Positions 9,034 through 18,399 are shown, numbered from the stretch's first letter. The stretch is DNA of 64,000 nt from Bacteroidales bacterium (GCA_025355465.1 JANXZO010000025.1:6286-70285); one strand, 5' to 3'. A program made the numbers and translations. Notes: generated by a model from the letters alone, not told the origin.

Positions 9034-9060
9034 TTTGGTAATATAAGCGCTTAGCTTTCA

Positions 9061-10221
9061 ATGAAAATCATAATTAAACTTTACCGGAATTGCCCCAGGG
9101 TGAAAGTCATCTGGCCAATTGTTGTTTTATTTCTCACCCTTGGCGGGATAGATACATTTTCGCAAATGGTACCATCCAAAACTCCCAGAGCACCGTGGAA
9201 GGTAAGGCATGATGCGGACGGTTCTGACAAATTCCGTTCAGTTGGTCCATGGGGCAGACCTCGAGGCCGGGTGCGACCTGCTATTCTGGTTCTTGATAAT
9301 CAGCGGTTTAACCTGTTGTTGATGCGGAGGGGAAACACCGTGACCGTGTTAACAAAGGGAGGTGTATTGGTGGCGGGTAAAATAGAACGGATAAATCGAG
9401 ATACCCTTTTTCTAACCGGTGGTGTTGTTACGGTTGCAGAATTGGATAAGCTCTGGCAGCCAAGGAATCCCGGGCCCCGAGAATTGCTTCGCGGAGAGCT
9501 TAGTCCTGCCTATGTGGCCGATTCCGGCGATTGGCAGATAATCATTCCACCCGACAGCGTATTCCGATATTCCGGCACCTAGAAAAATTATCTTTATAAA
9601 CAACAAAGGGCCATCAAGGCAGAAAAGCTTGAGTCGCAAAATCCCCTCACCAAAAAGAACTTCCTCAAATGGAATGTAGCCAAGGCAGCCCACCTTGAAG
9701 TTGCATTTGCCTATGAGCGCCTTATTAACGACCACTTTACATGGGAGACAGAGCTTAGTGCGATCTTCGGGATACAATCGGCGGATGCCTATTACACCAT
9801 GCCGATGCCGCTGTACAATTACAATGGATTTTCGGTGACCACCTATCCCAAATTCTTTGTTATTAATCCACGCACCTACGTTTCATTTGTTTTTATGTAC
9901 CGATACCTGTGGGCTACCGGTATCCGCACCGACTGGCCCGAACCTCCGCACAACGGGAAGTTACAGGTCCAGTATCGCAACGACTTTGGATTTAGTCTGC
10001 GGTTGGGAATGATGCGAAATTACCACGGGTTGGTGGTAGACTGGTATATAGGTGGTGGTTTGAAATATATCATGCTGCACCAGTTGGTTTACGGATCTTA
10101 TCACTATCACGACAGCGGCAGTATGGAATGGTACAACACGGACCATTCTCCCCGAATTCAGGATCAGAACCTATGGGCCCCTGTGATTAACCTGGGTCTG
10201 AAAATTGGCTTCGGATTCTGA
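9061..10221 (+). pseudogene. Outer-membrane beta-barrel-like protein gene interrupted by a single in-frame TAG (9580-9582)
   Basis: ORFs 9061-9582 and 9799-10221 share one frame. The 72 codons from 9583 to 9798 have no stop and no ATG/GTG/TTG. The upstream part carries the signal peptide. The downstream part ends in GLKIGFGF, with the aromatic terminus typical of beta-barrels. Confidence 0.5.
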
Positions 10222-10407
10222 CTTATTTCCTCAACCCGTTATCTGATCCACACTTTTTAGCGGTGCATATGATGGACTAAAACCATGATTAATTGAACGA
10301 TTACGAATGATGGATTGTGTTGGAGGCGGAGGTGTCCGGATAGGAGCGGAAAGGTTCGGATTTATAAATCGGTACGACGAATTCCCTTGTATTACTTGAC
10401 ATCTGAA

Positions 10408-10415
10408 TACTTTTG
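10408..10415 (+). promoter_or_regulatory. Bacteroidota-type -7 promoter box ahead of the 10441-16184 operon
   Basis: TACTTTTG matches TAnnTTTG and lies 26 nt upstream of ATG 10441, at the end of a 219-nt intergenic gap. Confidence 0.35.
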
Positions 10416-10440
10416 CCCTGAAACCTGTAAAATCTATCCG

Positions 10441-11430
10441 ATGAAAAACCAAATGAAACAATGCCTTATTGTTATTCTCTGTACCTGTGCCCTGCTTGGT
10501 ATTCAGGACCTCACTTTCGCCCTTGATCATGCATCGGCTGCAGCTACCATTCAAACATCTCCTTCCGACCCTGTCGTTTCTTCTGCACCTTTAAGTGCGC
10601 CTAAGGAGGAATCACTTGGCGCCACCGTTTGGTATTACATAAAAGGAATTGCCATCCTTGGCTTTTTTGCTTTTGCCGTAGTATACATTGCCATAACCCT
10701 GATGAAGAAACCGAAGTTTGTACCGGTAACCCTCGATCAAATGAAGGCAAAACGGCGTTCACAGGGAAAACCTGAATCTTCCGTGATCGACAACGAAGCC
10801 GCACAAATCGATGTAGGCCAGGCATTTAATACATGGCAAATTGTTTCAAAACCTGGAGAGGAGGAGTTTCGGAGTCCGTTGAGCATGAGTCAGATCACCA
10901 CTTCTCATGGTTGTCTCGATTCAGCAATTCGTTCGCTGCCTACGGATCCTGACATCATTAATAATATCAACGACCTGGGCGAAATTCTGAACAACCAGAT
11001 AAAACGTCGGTTTACCGGTTCCATGAAGCTGATCTACTGTGCACTTGCAGTTTGTGTACTGGCATACCTGACAAGCAAAGGATTTGGTCAGTTTTTTAAA
11101 CATTACTGGTGGCTTCCGGCATCCATCGTTCTTTATTATTTCGCAAGTTATTCGCCTGAATTTCTGAACACCAAGCGCGAACGCTGGTTCCGTGGGTTTA
11201 ACATCCACAATGTGCTTATTGGAACCATCCTCGGGTTATTTGCATCTACTTCGGTTACAGATACCTATAAAACTACTTACAGCGATGGCTCTACGAAAAA
11301 GACCGAAGAGTGGAATGTGATGTTTTTTATCATGACCGCATTGACACTCATCGTCATTGTCGTCCTCGGTTTCTTCATCTTTCTTTTTGCAGGATTGAAC
11401 TTTGTTCGCAACTACCTTATATACGTCTGA
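10441..11430 (+). CDS. Polytopic membrane protein of unknown function
   Basis: Signal-like N-terminus MKNQMKQCLIVILCTCALLG, then about 5 further hydrophobic helices separated by a roughly 110-aa soluble loop. No recognisable family motif. The ORF-track start 10315 was rejected in favour of ATG 10441, which lies behind the promoter box. Confidence 0.6.
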   Translation: MKNQMKQCLIVILCTCALLGIQDLTFALDHASAAATIQTSPSDPVVSSAPLSAPKEESLGATVWYYIKGIAILGFFAFAVVYIAITLMKKPKFVPVTLDQMKAKRRSQGKPESSVIDNEAAQIDVGQAFNTWQIVSKPGEEEFRSPLSMSQITTSHGCLDSAIRSLPTDPDIINNINDLGEILNNQIKRRFTGSMKLIYCALAVCVLAYLTSKGFGQFFKHYWWLPASIVLYYFASYSPEFLNTKRERWFRGFNIHNVLIGTILGLFASTSVTDTYKTTYSDGSTKKTEEWNVMFFIMTALTLIVIVVLGFFIFLFAGLNFVRNYLIYV

Positions 11431-11444
11431 TAAAACCCGATATC

Positions 11445-13088
11445 ATGAAAAGGATTACGATTTTTTTCTTGTTGGCCATAATCATACCCGTCCTGACGGC
11501 CCAGGAAGTGGATATTAAGAAAGGCTTAATTGCTAACTATCCGCTCGACGGGAAGACAGGCGACCTGACCGGGAAGAATAAGAACGGCAAAATTTTCGGC
11601 GCTGTGGCCACAACTGGTCGTGATGGCAAGGAGGGAGGCGCCTTCCGGTTTAAGGCCAAAGGTGATAGTTATATCACTTTACCTGTGAGCGCAAGTCCCG
11701 ATAAAGTTCCCATTATCACCGTAACCGCCTGGGTTCAGGCAACAGGAACCACCAGTTCTTATCCACTGATTGCCTGCGGGATCAATAAGGAAACGCGGTC
11801 TGTTTATATGAACCATGAAGGGAGTGTTTATCACTGGTATCTGAATGGTGGTGGTGATGGTGCCATCATGGGGCCGGCCATATTTACAAAAAAATGGGTG
11901 TTCGTCGCCATGATGTACGATGATAAAAATAAGGAGGCACGTTTTGTTGTTGGCAGTGAGCTATTTAAAGGTAAGGCCTCCATTCGCAGCGGAGATCCTG
12001 GCATCATGATTGGAAATTTCGATGGCGACATTGATGAGCTGCGCGTGTACGACCGGTTTCTCAACCTGGCTGAACTTGAATCACTGGCTGGCGGAAAGAT
12101 TAATGCAACCCAGGAGGACCTTGTGACAGTTGACCGCTATGCTTACAAGAAGGACCGTGAAAAGGCAGAAGCTGCCGAGGTACAACCCGGTGACGTATAT
12201 ATCATCAATACCAGCGAGTTTGTCATACACGATTCTGCCGGAGGCTGGGGCCAGAAGGCTTTGCTGAAGCAGGGTGACACCCTCCGGGTAGATTCCGTTA
12301 TCGGTAAATACCTGAAAGTCATTTTTATGGGTGGCGAATATGGGTATGTATCGCGCGGAACCTTGCAAGACAATGCCTATCCCGAAGGAGACAGCAGTCT
12401 CGGCCATTCAACAAAGGTGACCATGAAGCATATTTTCGATTTTACCAGTATCCGTTCATGGATAATAGTGGTGGTGTGTGCGCTGATCCTGTTCATGGTC
12501 AAGAAAAAATTCCTGATGCTGGATGAAATGTTGAACAAGCTGAGGAAGAAGGACATGTACTCCTCAGGTGGCTCAAAGTCAGGTGCAATGGCCGTAAAGC
12601 GAACGGTACTGGACAACATTTTTCCGATCGAAAGACTCCGGTGGTGGCCTATCATTCCCGGTGCCATTGCAGGTATTGCTCTGTTTATTGCCTTGATGGT
12701 CAACAGCGGGGAAACGGAATGGTTTTTTGCCCAGGGGTTCCACCTCATCCCGGCCGGCTACGACAAGTGGGTGCACTGGTTGCTGTTCAGTATGGTGTGG
12801 ATGCTGATCTTCGCTTTTGTGGCGATTGCCCTTGAAAGTTACGTGGTAACAGGTCCCATCATCATGTGGCTAAGGATTTTCATACTCATCATTCTAAACC
12901 TCATGGCTTTTGCGGTGGCTATTTACCTGGCCGTTGTTGTTGTCGTTATTTCTATCGTCATGCTGGTTCTTACCATGCTGGGATCCGGAAGTTCCAACTA
13001 TAAATGTCCCCATTGCGGAGGTACTTTCAGCGGCTCCAGAGGAAGTTCCTACACCTGTCCTCACTGCGGAGGTGGCGTATCTACCTGA
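11445..13088 (+). CDS. Membrane protein: signal peptide - LamG/concanavalin-like lectin domain - SH3b-like domain - 4-5 TM helices - C-terminal CPHCGG-x13-CPHCGG zinc ribbon
   Basis: MKRITIFFLLAIIIPVLTAQ signal. GDIDELRVYDRFLNLAELESL is the characteristic LamG end motif. GDVYIIN...GDTLRVDSVIGKYLKVIFMGGEYGYVSRGTL is SH3b-like. A hydrophobic block spans aa ~385-520. The terminal sequence is YKCPHCGGTFSGSRGSSYTCPHCGG. It starts 14 nt after the previous stop. Confidence 0.7.
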   Translation: MKRITIFFLLAIIIPVLTAQEVDIKKGLIANYPLDGKTGDLTGKNKNGKIFGAVATTGRDGKEGGAFRFKAKGDSYITLPVSASPDKVPIITVTAWVQATGTTSSYPLIACGINKETRSVYMNHEGSVYHWYLNGGGDGAIMGPAIFTKKWVFVAMMYDDKNKEARFVVGSELFKGKASIRSGDPGIMIGNFDGDIDELRVYDRFLNLAELESLAGGKINATQEDLVTVDRYAYKKDREKAEAAEVQPGDVYIINTSEFVIHDSAGGWGQKALLKQGDTLRVDSVIGKYLKVIFMGGEYGYVSRGTLQDNAYPEGDSSLGHSTKVTMKHIFDFTSIRSWIIVVVCALILFMVKKKFLMLDEMLNKLRKKDMYSSGGSKSGAMAVKRTVLDNIFPIERLRWWPIIPGAIAGIALFIALMVNSGETEWFFAQGFHLIPAGYDKWVHWLLFSMVWMLIFAFVAIALESYVVTGPIIMWLRIFILIILNLMAFAVAIYLAVVVVVISIVMLVLTMLGSGSSNYKCPHCGGTFSGSRGSSYTCPHCGGGVST

Positions 13089-13115
13089 TCCTAATTTTAT
13101 CTTAAATTTCAAATT

Positions 13116-16100
13116 ATGCCAACCAGCGAATATATTACCTCCCGTGCTTTTCCCGAGAAAAAAATAGAAGAGATATGGGGTAACGGAGCAACGATAAGCG
13201 GTTTGACTTATGGCAAAGGGGCCTGGACATTATACATATGTTATGATGGTTCATATGAAAATCAGCATTACTGGACCCGCTCCGATTTTCCTGAACAGTG
13301 CATAACAGAAGGCTGGAACAAAGGACTCGATATAACCGAACTCAGCTGGTGCAACGACAACTGGCTGCTGGTTATGTCGAGTAACACCGGCTTCACCGAC
13401 CAGGTTTGGAGGTTGGGGAGCAAATTCCCGATGAAGGAGGTGGAGAAGGCATGGAATGAAGGTTATTCGGTAACCAGGATCGGATATGGCAATGGTAAAT
13501 GGTTTGCCGTGTTGTCGAAGGGGAGTGGATTATCGGTGCAAACTGCTACTTTTTTCAGTGATTTCCCGGAGAAGGCAATCGACAAAGCCTGGGAAGATGG
13601 TCGGGTCATCACCGACCTGGTATTTGGTGACGGAAAATGGCTGTTGGTGACCTCGGTTTCCGATGTGCCTGAAACACAATCATGGGCCAGCGACTCACTT
13701 TATCCGGGCAAGGTAACCGACGAAAGGCTCGCGGAGGGTTACAATATCAACCGGATCAGTTTCGGCAACGGGATATGGGCGGCTGTTTTCGGACAACCTG
13801 TGGAAGAAGATGAAGATGAAGACGATGTGGAAGCATCTGAGGAGGAGGAAGAGGACAAAGAGGTAAAGGGAGAGAAGGCCCGGGCCACCGGTGGCGGGAA
13901 AAAACCAGAATTAAAACATGATAAAATGGCCATTCAGTATACAGACCTGGCCATTTCGCAGTGGGAAAAGGAGAACTTGGATGAGGCCATTGCAATGTAT
14001 ATGAAGGCCCTGGAGATTGAACCCGGGTTCGTTCTGGCGCTCAGCGGACTGGGCTCGGTTTGGCTGGCCAAAGGAAACGAGGGAAAGGCCATCGAATATT
14101 TGCAAAAAGCTTACGACCTTGATCCGGCAGATGACCCGTCTACCTTTATTGAGCTCATCTCACTTTATGCTTCCGCTGAAGCGGATGATAAGCTGATGGC
14201 CGTGGTTGCCGCATTTCCTGCCGAAGAACTGGAGAAGGTTGATAATCCTGATACCTTCGTTGAAATAGGGGAGGTTTTTGAGCGGACCAGGAAATTCCGG
14301 AAGGCGGTTCAGTTCTATAAGCGGGCCAGTGATTTAAAACCTGGCAACAAGGAGTATGCAGCCGATCTGAAACGCGCTCAGGAAGCCGCAAAAGCCAACA
14401 GCGTAGCGGAAAACGAAGAGGAGAAGAAAGCAACGGCAACCGGTCCGCCACCGGCCAATGTTCCGTCGTTGGCGACTGTTGATGAGGTAATCGGCGAACT
14501 TAACAACCTTATCGGATTAAAAGAGATAAAAAATGATGTGCAGTCGTTGCTCAAATACATCAAGGTTGAGAAAATGCGCGCGGAAAGGGGCATGTCTTCG
14601 AATCCTATCTCCCTGCATACGGTATTCTCGGGTCCTCCGGGCACGGGGAAAACCACTGTTGCAAGGTTGCTCGGTAAGATCTTCAAAGCCACCGGACTAC
14701 TTGCCAAGGGGCACGTTGTGGAGGTGGACCGTTCGGGCCTTGTGGCAGAATACATCGGACAAACGGCAGTAAAGACGAATGCGGCGGTAGATTCTGCACT
14801 CGACGGGATTCTCTTCATTGATGAGGCGTACGCCTTGTTTCGTGGTGATGGCGGCAGTGATTTCGGAAAGGAGGCGATCGATACGCTGATCAAGCGTATG
14901 GAGGATGACCGCGGTCGATTGGTTGTCATCGTTGCCGGCTATATCGAGGAGATGAAACATTTTATCGACAGTAACCCCGGAATGCAATCACGGTTCAACC
15001 GCTATTTTTATTTCAAGGATTATACGCCGGATGAGTTGCAGGAGATATTCGAAAGGACTTGCAGCCAGAAAGAGTATAAGTTGGCTCCGGATGCGCAGGA
15101 TAAACTGAAACGGTATTTTCAGTTTATCTATAAATCGCGATTGAAGAGTTTTGGCAATGCAAGGGTAATCCGAAACCAGTTTGAGGAGTTGATCAGGATA
15201 CAATCGACACGTATCGCAGATTATACCGAAATTCAGCATGATGACCTGAATACCATCACCCTGGCTGATGTAAATGCCGCAGTGGATGATGAATTCGTGG
15301 AAGAGACCCCCGAAACCCTGGAAGACATTATGAAAGATCTGAACGGGATGGTGGGCATGGAGAATGTTAAAAAAGATGTGGGGATGCTGATCAACTACAT
15401 CAGGATTGAGAAGATGCGCCAGGAAAAGGGGTTGTCGAATAACCCTGTAGCTTTACATACTGTATTTTATGGACCTCCAGGAACCGGAAAAACTACCGTG
15501 GCAAGGTTGATCGGAAGGATATTTAAAACGCTTGGGATCCTGGCAAAGGGTCATGTCGTGGAGGTTGCCCGTGCCGATTTGGTTGGGGAATATGTGGGAC
15601 ATACCGCGCCCAAAACCAGCAAGGCCATTGACGATGCACTACATGGTATTTTGTTCATCGATGAGGCTTATACGCTAAAGCCGGAAGGGATGGGCAATGA
15701 TTTCGGACAGGAGGCCATCGACTGTTTACTGAAGCGGATGGAGGATGACCGTGACAAGCTGGTTGTTGTAGTTGCAGGCTATACGGATGAAATGAAGCGG
15801 CTCATTGACTCAAATCCGGGTTTGAAATCGCGATTCAACAGGTATTTTTATTTTGAAGACTATGAACCGGCTGAATTGCTTGCCATGTTTACCCGTCTTG
15901 TTGATGCGAAAGGCTATAAACTTACCCCGGAAGCCAGGGAGCATTCGGAAGTTTTGTTTCAAAAAGTTTTCGATGCCCGCGACAAAAGCTTTGGCAACGG
16001 ACGGTTCGTGAGAAACCTGTTTGAACAGATGATCCAGGGCCAGGCCAACAGGATTTCATTATTGCCATCCATCACGGAAGATGAGCTTGTGGTGCTCGGG

Positions 16101-16184
16101 ATCGACGATGTGAAAGAGGTGGCTGCAAAGTACGTCAGTATGCCCCGGTCGGCAGGAAAACCTATTGGTTTCAGGAAAGATTGA
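13116..16184 (+). CDS. Large cytoplasmic protein: five 46-aa repeats - acidic linker - TPR region - two tandem CbbX/SpoVK-type AAA+ ATPase modules
   Basis: Both modules are intact. Walker A: SGPPGTGKTTVARL and YGPPGTGKTTVARL. Walker B: ILFIDEAYAL and ILFIDEAYTL. Also VVIVAGY / VVVVAGY and SRFNRYFYF in each. TPR-like helices run from AIAMYMKALEIEP to AVQFYKRASDLKP. Confidence 0.85.
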   Translation: MPTSEYITSRAFPEKKIEEIWGNGATISGLTYGKGAWTLYICYDGSYENQHYWTRSDFPEQCITEGWNKGLDITELSWCNDNWLLVMSSNTGFTDQVWRLGSKFPMKEVEKAWNEGYSVTRIGYGNGKWFAVLSKGSGLSVQTATFFSDFPEKAIDKAWEDGRVITDLVFGDGKWLLVTSVSDVPETQSWASDSLYPGKVTDERLAEGYNINRISFGNGIWAAVFGQPVEEDEDEDDVEASEEEEEDKEVKGEKARATGGGKKPELKHDKMAIQYTDLAISQWEKENLDEAIAMYMKALEIEPGFVLALSGLGSVWLAKGNEGKAIEYLQKAYDLDPADDPSTFIELISLYASAEADDKLMAVVAAFPAEELEKVDNPDTFVEIGEVFERTRKFRKAVQFYKRASDLKPGNKEYAADLKRAQEAAKANSVAENEEEKKATATGPPPANVPSLATVDEVIGELNNLIGLKEIKNDVQSLLKYIKVEKMRAERGMSSNPISLHTVFSGPPGTGKTTVARLLGKIFKATGLLAKGHVVEVDRSGLVAEYIGQTAVKTNAAVDSALDGILFIDEAYALFRGDGGSDFGKEAIDTLIKRMEDDRGRLVVIVAGYIEEMKHFIDSNPGMQSRFNRYFYFKDYTPDELQEIFERTCSQKEYKLAPDAQDKLKRYFQFIYKSRLKSFGNARVIRNQFEELIRIQSTRIADYTEIQHDDLNTITLADVNAAVDDEFVEETPETLEDIMKDLNGMVGMENVKKDVGMLINYIRIEKMRQEKGLSNNPVALHTVFYGPPGTGKTTVARLIGRIFKTLGILAKGHVVEVARADLVGEYVGHTAPKTSKAIDDALHGILFIDEAYTLKPEGMGNDFGQEAIDCLLKRMEDDRDKLVVVVAGYTDEMKRLIDSNPGLKSRFNRYFYFEDYEPAELLAMFTRLVDAKGYKLTPEAREHSEVLFQKVFDARDKSFGNGRFVRNLFEQMIQGQANRISLLPSITEDELVVLGIDDVKEVAAKYVSMPRSAGKPIGFRKD

Positions 16185-16189
16185 GTTGA

Positions 16190-18001
16190 TTACGCAGAGT
16201 AGTTCCTGCCCTCCAATCCGTCCGTAAGTTTTTCTGCTTTGAGTTCAGGGGCGTTGATCTGTTTTGCCGACTGCTGGTAAAATGAAGGAGTAACCCCGGT
16301 TATTGTCTTGAATGCACTGTTGAAGGCTGATTTTGAATTATAGCCGACGGTTTGTGCAATTCCTTCAATAGACAGATTCCCATATGCCGGATCCGCGAGC
16401 AGCTTTCGGGCTTCCCTGATGCGGTAATCATTAAGGAACTGGCTGAAATTTTGCGACGATCGATCGTTGATGATGCGCGATAGGTAAGAGGTGTTCGTGT
16501 TCAGTTCCCTGGCTACATCGGCCAGGGTGAGACCCGGATCAAGAAATCGTTTTCCGACCTTCATGATGTGAAGAAGAGCTTTGTACAACCGCTCCTGCAG
16601 CTCATCCGGAAGCGAAGGATGGATCATGCTTTTTGAGGTGGGTGCTGAGGCAGATGAGGCCGTGCGGATCGCATGCAGGGTGCGTTGAACCTGCTGTTCC
16701 TCCCCCAGTTCAGTTTTCATGGTTTCCATGTCTTTACGCACCAGTTCCCTGTATGTGCTTAATTTGTCGCGGTAGGCACGAATTGTGAACCAGGAAGCTG
16801 TAAGGATTAATACGATCGTAGCCAGCATGGCTGCTATCAACGCTTGTTTTCGCTGAATATTCGCTGTGTTTATTTTGTTGTCGGATTGGAGCCTGGTGAT
16901 CTCCTGCTCCTTTAAAGTCAGGTTGTACCGTGTTTTAATCTCTGCAACGGTACGCAGTCTCTTTTCTTCAAGCAGCGTGTCTTTCAGAGTGATGTATTTC
17001 CGAAGATAGCTGAGTGCCAGTGCAGGTTGATTTTTTTGTTCATAATAACCGGCGATTTTCTCCAACCCGTATAGCTCCTGTTGCCTGTAGTTTAATATTT
17101 TGGAAAGTTCAAGATTTCTGAGCAGCATTTTAATGGATTCCCGGTCATTTCCGGTTTTTTTATAGTACCCGGCCAGTGAGGAGCAGGAGATGCACATGCT
17201 TAGCGGATCGTTTGCTAATGTGGCTGTTTTCAGGGCTTCGCTGTAAAAGTGAAATGCCTTTTCAGACTCTCCCTGGAGGAAATAGACCTCGCCGATGTTG
17301 TTGAGGGTAAACGCAATTCCCTGGTAATCTTTTACGTGCCTTCTTAACGCCAATGAATTATCGAAATAATAACGGGCAGAATCATAACGATCCAGATGCA
17401 GGTTGTACATTCCCAGCGTGTTGTAAACATATCCGCGGGCAGTATCATTGTTCACTTTTTTTACTGTTGCAAGTGCCCGGTAAAGGAAACTGCCGGTGTT
17501 TTCAGGTCCGCTGATCTCAGAAAGGTTCACCAGCATCATCGCTTTGGCGAGGTCGTTGTGTTGTTGCTCCGCCATTTTTAGTGCCCGGAGTTGCAATTGC
17601 AATGATTTCTCTGCAAATCCCATATCCTTATAGAGGACGCCTAAAAAATTCAGGGCGTAGATGATCGTTTTCCGATCGCCTGCCTGATCGAAATACTGAA
17701 TTGATTTTTCCCCAAGCAATATCGCGTCGCTGAATTTATTTTTCAGCTTTGCGATCCGGGCCAGCTTATAGTAAACATCACCAAGACTGGCGTAATTACT
17801 GTTTCGTGCCAACCGGGGAATAAGCCGGTGATAATATTGTACGGCAGTTTTTGTATCCTGCTTCTGAAGGTAAAAGTTGCCTAGTTTCAGGAGGATCTCC
17901 GGATTTGTTCCTTCCGGGCTGTTATAAGGCCCGGGTGCCAGGCTGGTCAGTAGTACGAAGAGCAGGGGAAGTTGGAAATAGCAGCGGCAGTATGTGAGCA
18001 T
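16190..18001 (-). CDS. TPR-repeat / single-TM / AraC-family HTH transcriptional regulator
   Basis: Signal-like N-terminus, about 8 TPR-like repeats, the TM helix ALIAAMLATIVLILTASWFTI, and a C-terminal AraC HTH (LADVARELNTNTSYLSRII...IEGIAQTVGYNSKSAFNSAFKTITGVTPSFY). Start set at ATG 18001 to avoid overlap with the neighbouring gene. Confidence 0.8.
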   Translation of the reverse strand: MLTYCRCYFQLPLLFVLLTSLAPGPYNSPEGTNPEILLKLGNFYLQKQDTKTAVQYYHRLIPRLARNSNYASLGDVYYKLARIAKLKNKFSDAILLGEKSIQYFDQAGDRKTIIYALNFLGVLYKDMGFAEKSLQLQLRALKMAEQQHNDLAKAMMLVNLSEISGPENTGSFLYRALATVKKVNNDTARGYVYNTLGMYNLHLDRYDSARYYFDNSLALRRHVKDYQGIAFTLNNIGEVYFLQGESEKAFHFYSEALKTATLANDPLSMCISCSSLAGYYKKTGNDRESIKMLLRNLELSKILNYRQQELYGLEKIAGYYEQKNQPALALSYLRKYITLKDTLLEEKRLRTVAEIKTRYNLTLKEQEITRLQSDNKINTANIQRKQALIAAMLATIVLILTASWFTIRAYRDKLSTYRELVRKDMETMKTELGEEQQVQRTLHAIRTASSASAPTSKSMIHPSLPDELQERLYKALLHIMKVGKRFLDPGLTLADVARELNTNTSYLSRIINDRSSQNFSQFLNDYRIREARKLLADPAYGNLSIEGIAQTVGYNSKSAFNSAFKTITGVTPSFYQQSAKQINAPELKAEKLTDGLEGRNYSA

Positions 18002-18018
18002 TGAATGGAAACTTGTGG

Positions 18019-18399
18019 TTATTCTTTGTAAAATTCCCACAGCTCGCCAAAATAACTGTGGTTCCATCCTTCTACGAAATCCTTATATTCATCGTCGGGG
18101 ATGTTGGTATGTAAGAGTTCAACGGAAGTGCCTGATTTGTGCGGGTGAAGCGTGATGGTCACAATGGATTCCTCTTCCTGGTCGCCGAAATACCATTGCT
18201 GAACGATCTGCCGGTTCTCTTCAAATGAGATGTTTCTTCCGGTAATACTGCCATCCCACAAAGAAAATTCAGAACCGGGTTCTGTTGACATTTCAGCTGC
18301 TTCCCCTGTCCAGAGTTGAAGGGTTACCGGATTGGTGAGGGCTTTGTAGACATCTGCCGGCGGAGCGGCGATGGTAAAATATTTTTTATACTCTTTCAT
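18019..18399 (-). CDS. SRPBCC-superfamily protein (AHSA1 / activator of Hsp90 ATPase homolog-like)
   Basis: 126 aa. The pattern FTIAAPPADVYKALTNP...LQLWTG...GSEFSLWDGSITG...QQW is typical of the AHSA1-type SRPBCC fold. Confidence 0.75.
   Translation of the reverse strand: MKEYKKYFTIAAPPADVYKALTNPVTLQLWTGEAAEMSTEPGSEFSLWDGSITGRNISFEENRQIVQQWYFGDQEEESIVTITLHPHKSGTSVELLHTNIPDDEYKDFVEGWNHSYFGELWEFYKE

Noticed and set aside
10222-10407. The 219-nt intergenic region, with its G-rich stretch ggaggcggaggtgtccggataggagcggaaagg, considered as a possible riboswitch or sRNA.
   Set aside because: I could not recognise any known riboswitch core or a convincing conserved stem architecture by eye. It probably just holds the operon promoter.
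10315-10440. N-terminal extensions proposed by the ORF track, at 10315, 11310, 18371, 58132, 56950, 18067 and 4624.
   Set aside because: The extensions overlap neighbouring genes or promoter boxes and precede an internal ATG. That ATG is followed immediately by a signal peptide, a lipobox or a conserved family N-terminus, so the shorter starts were used.
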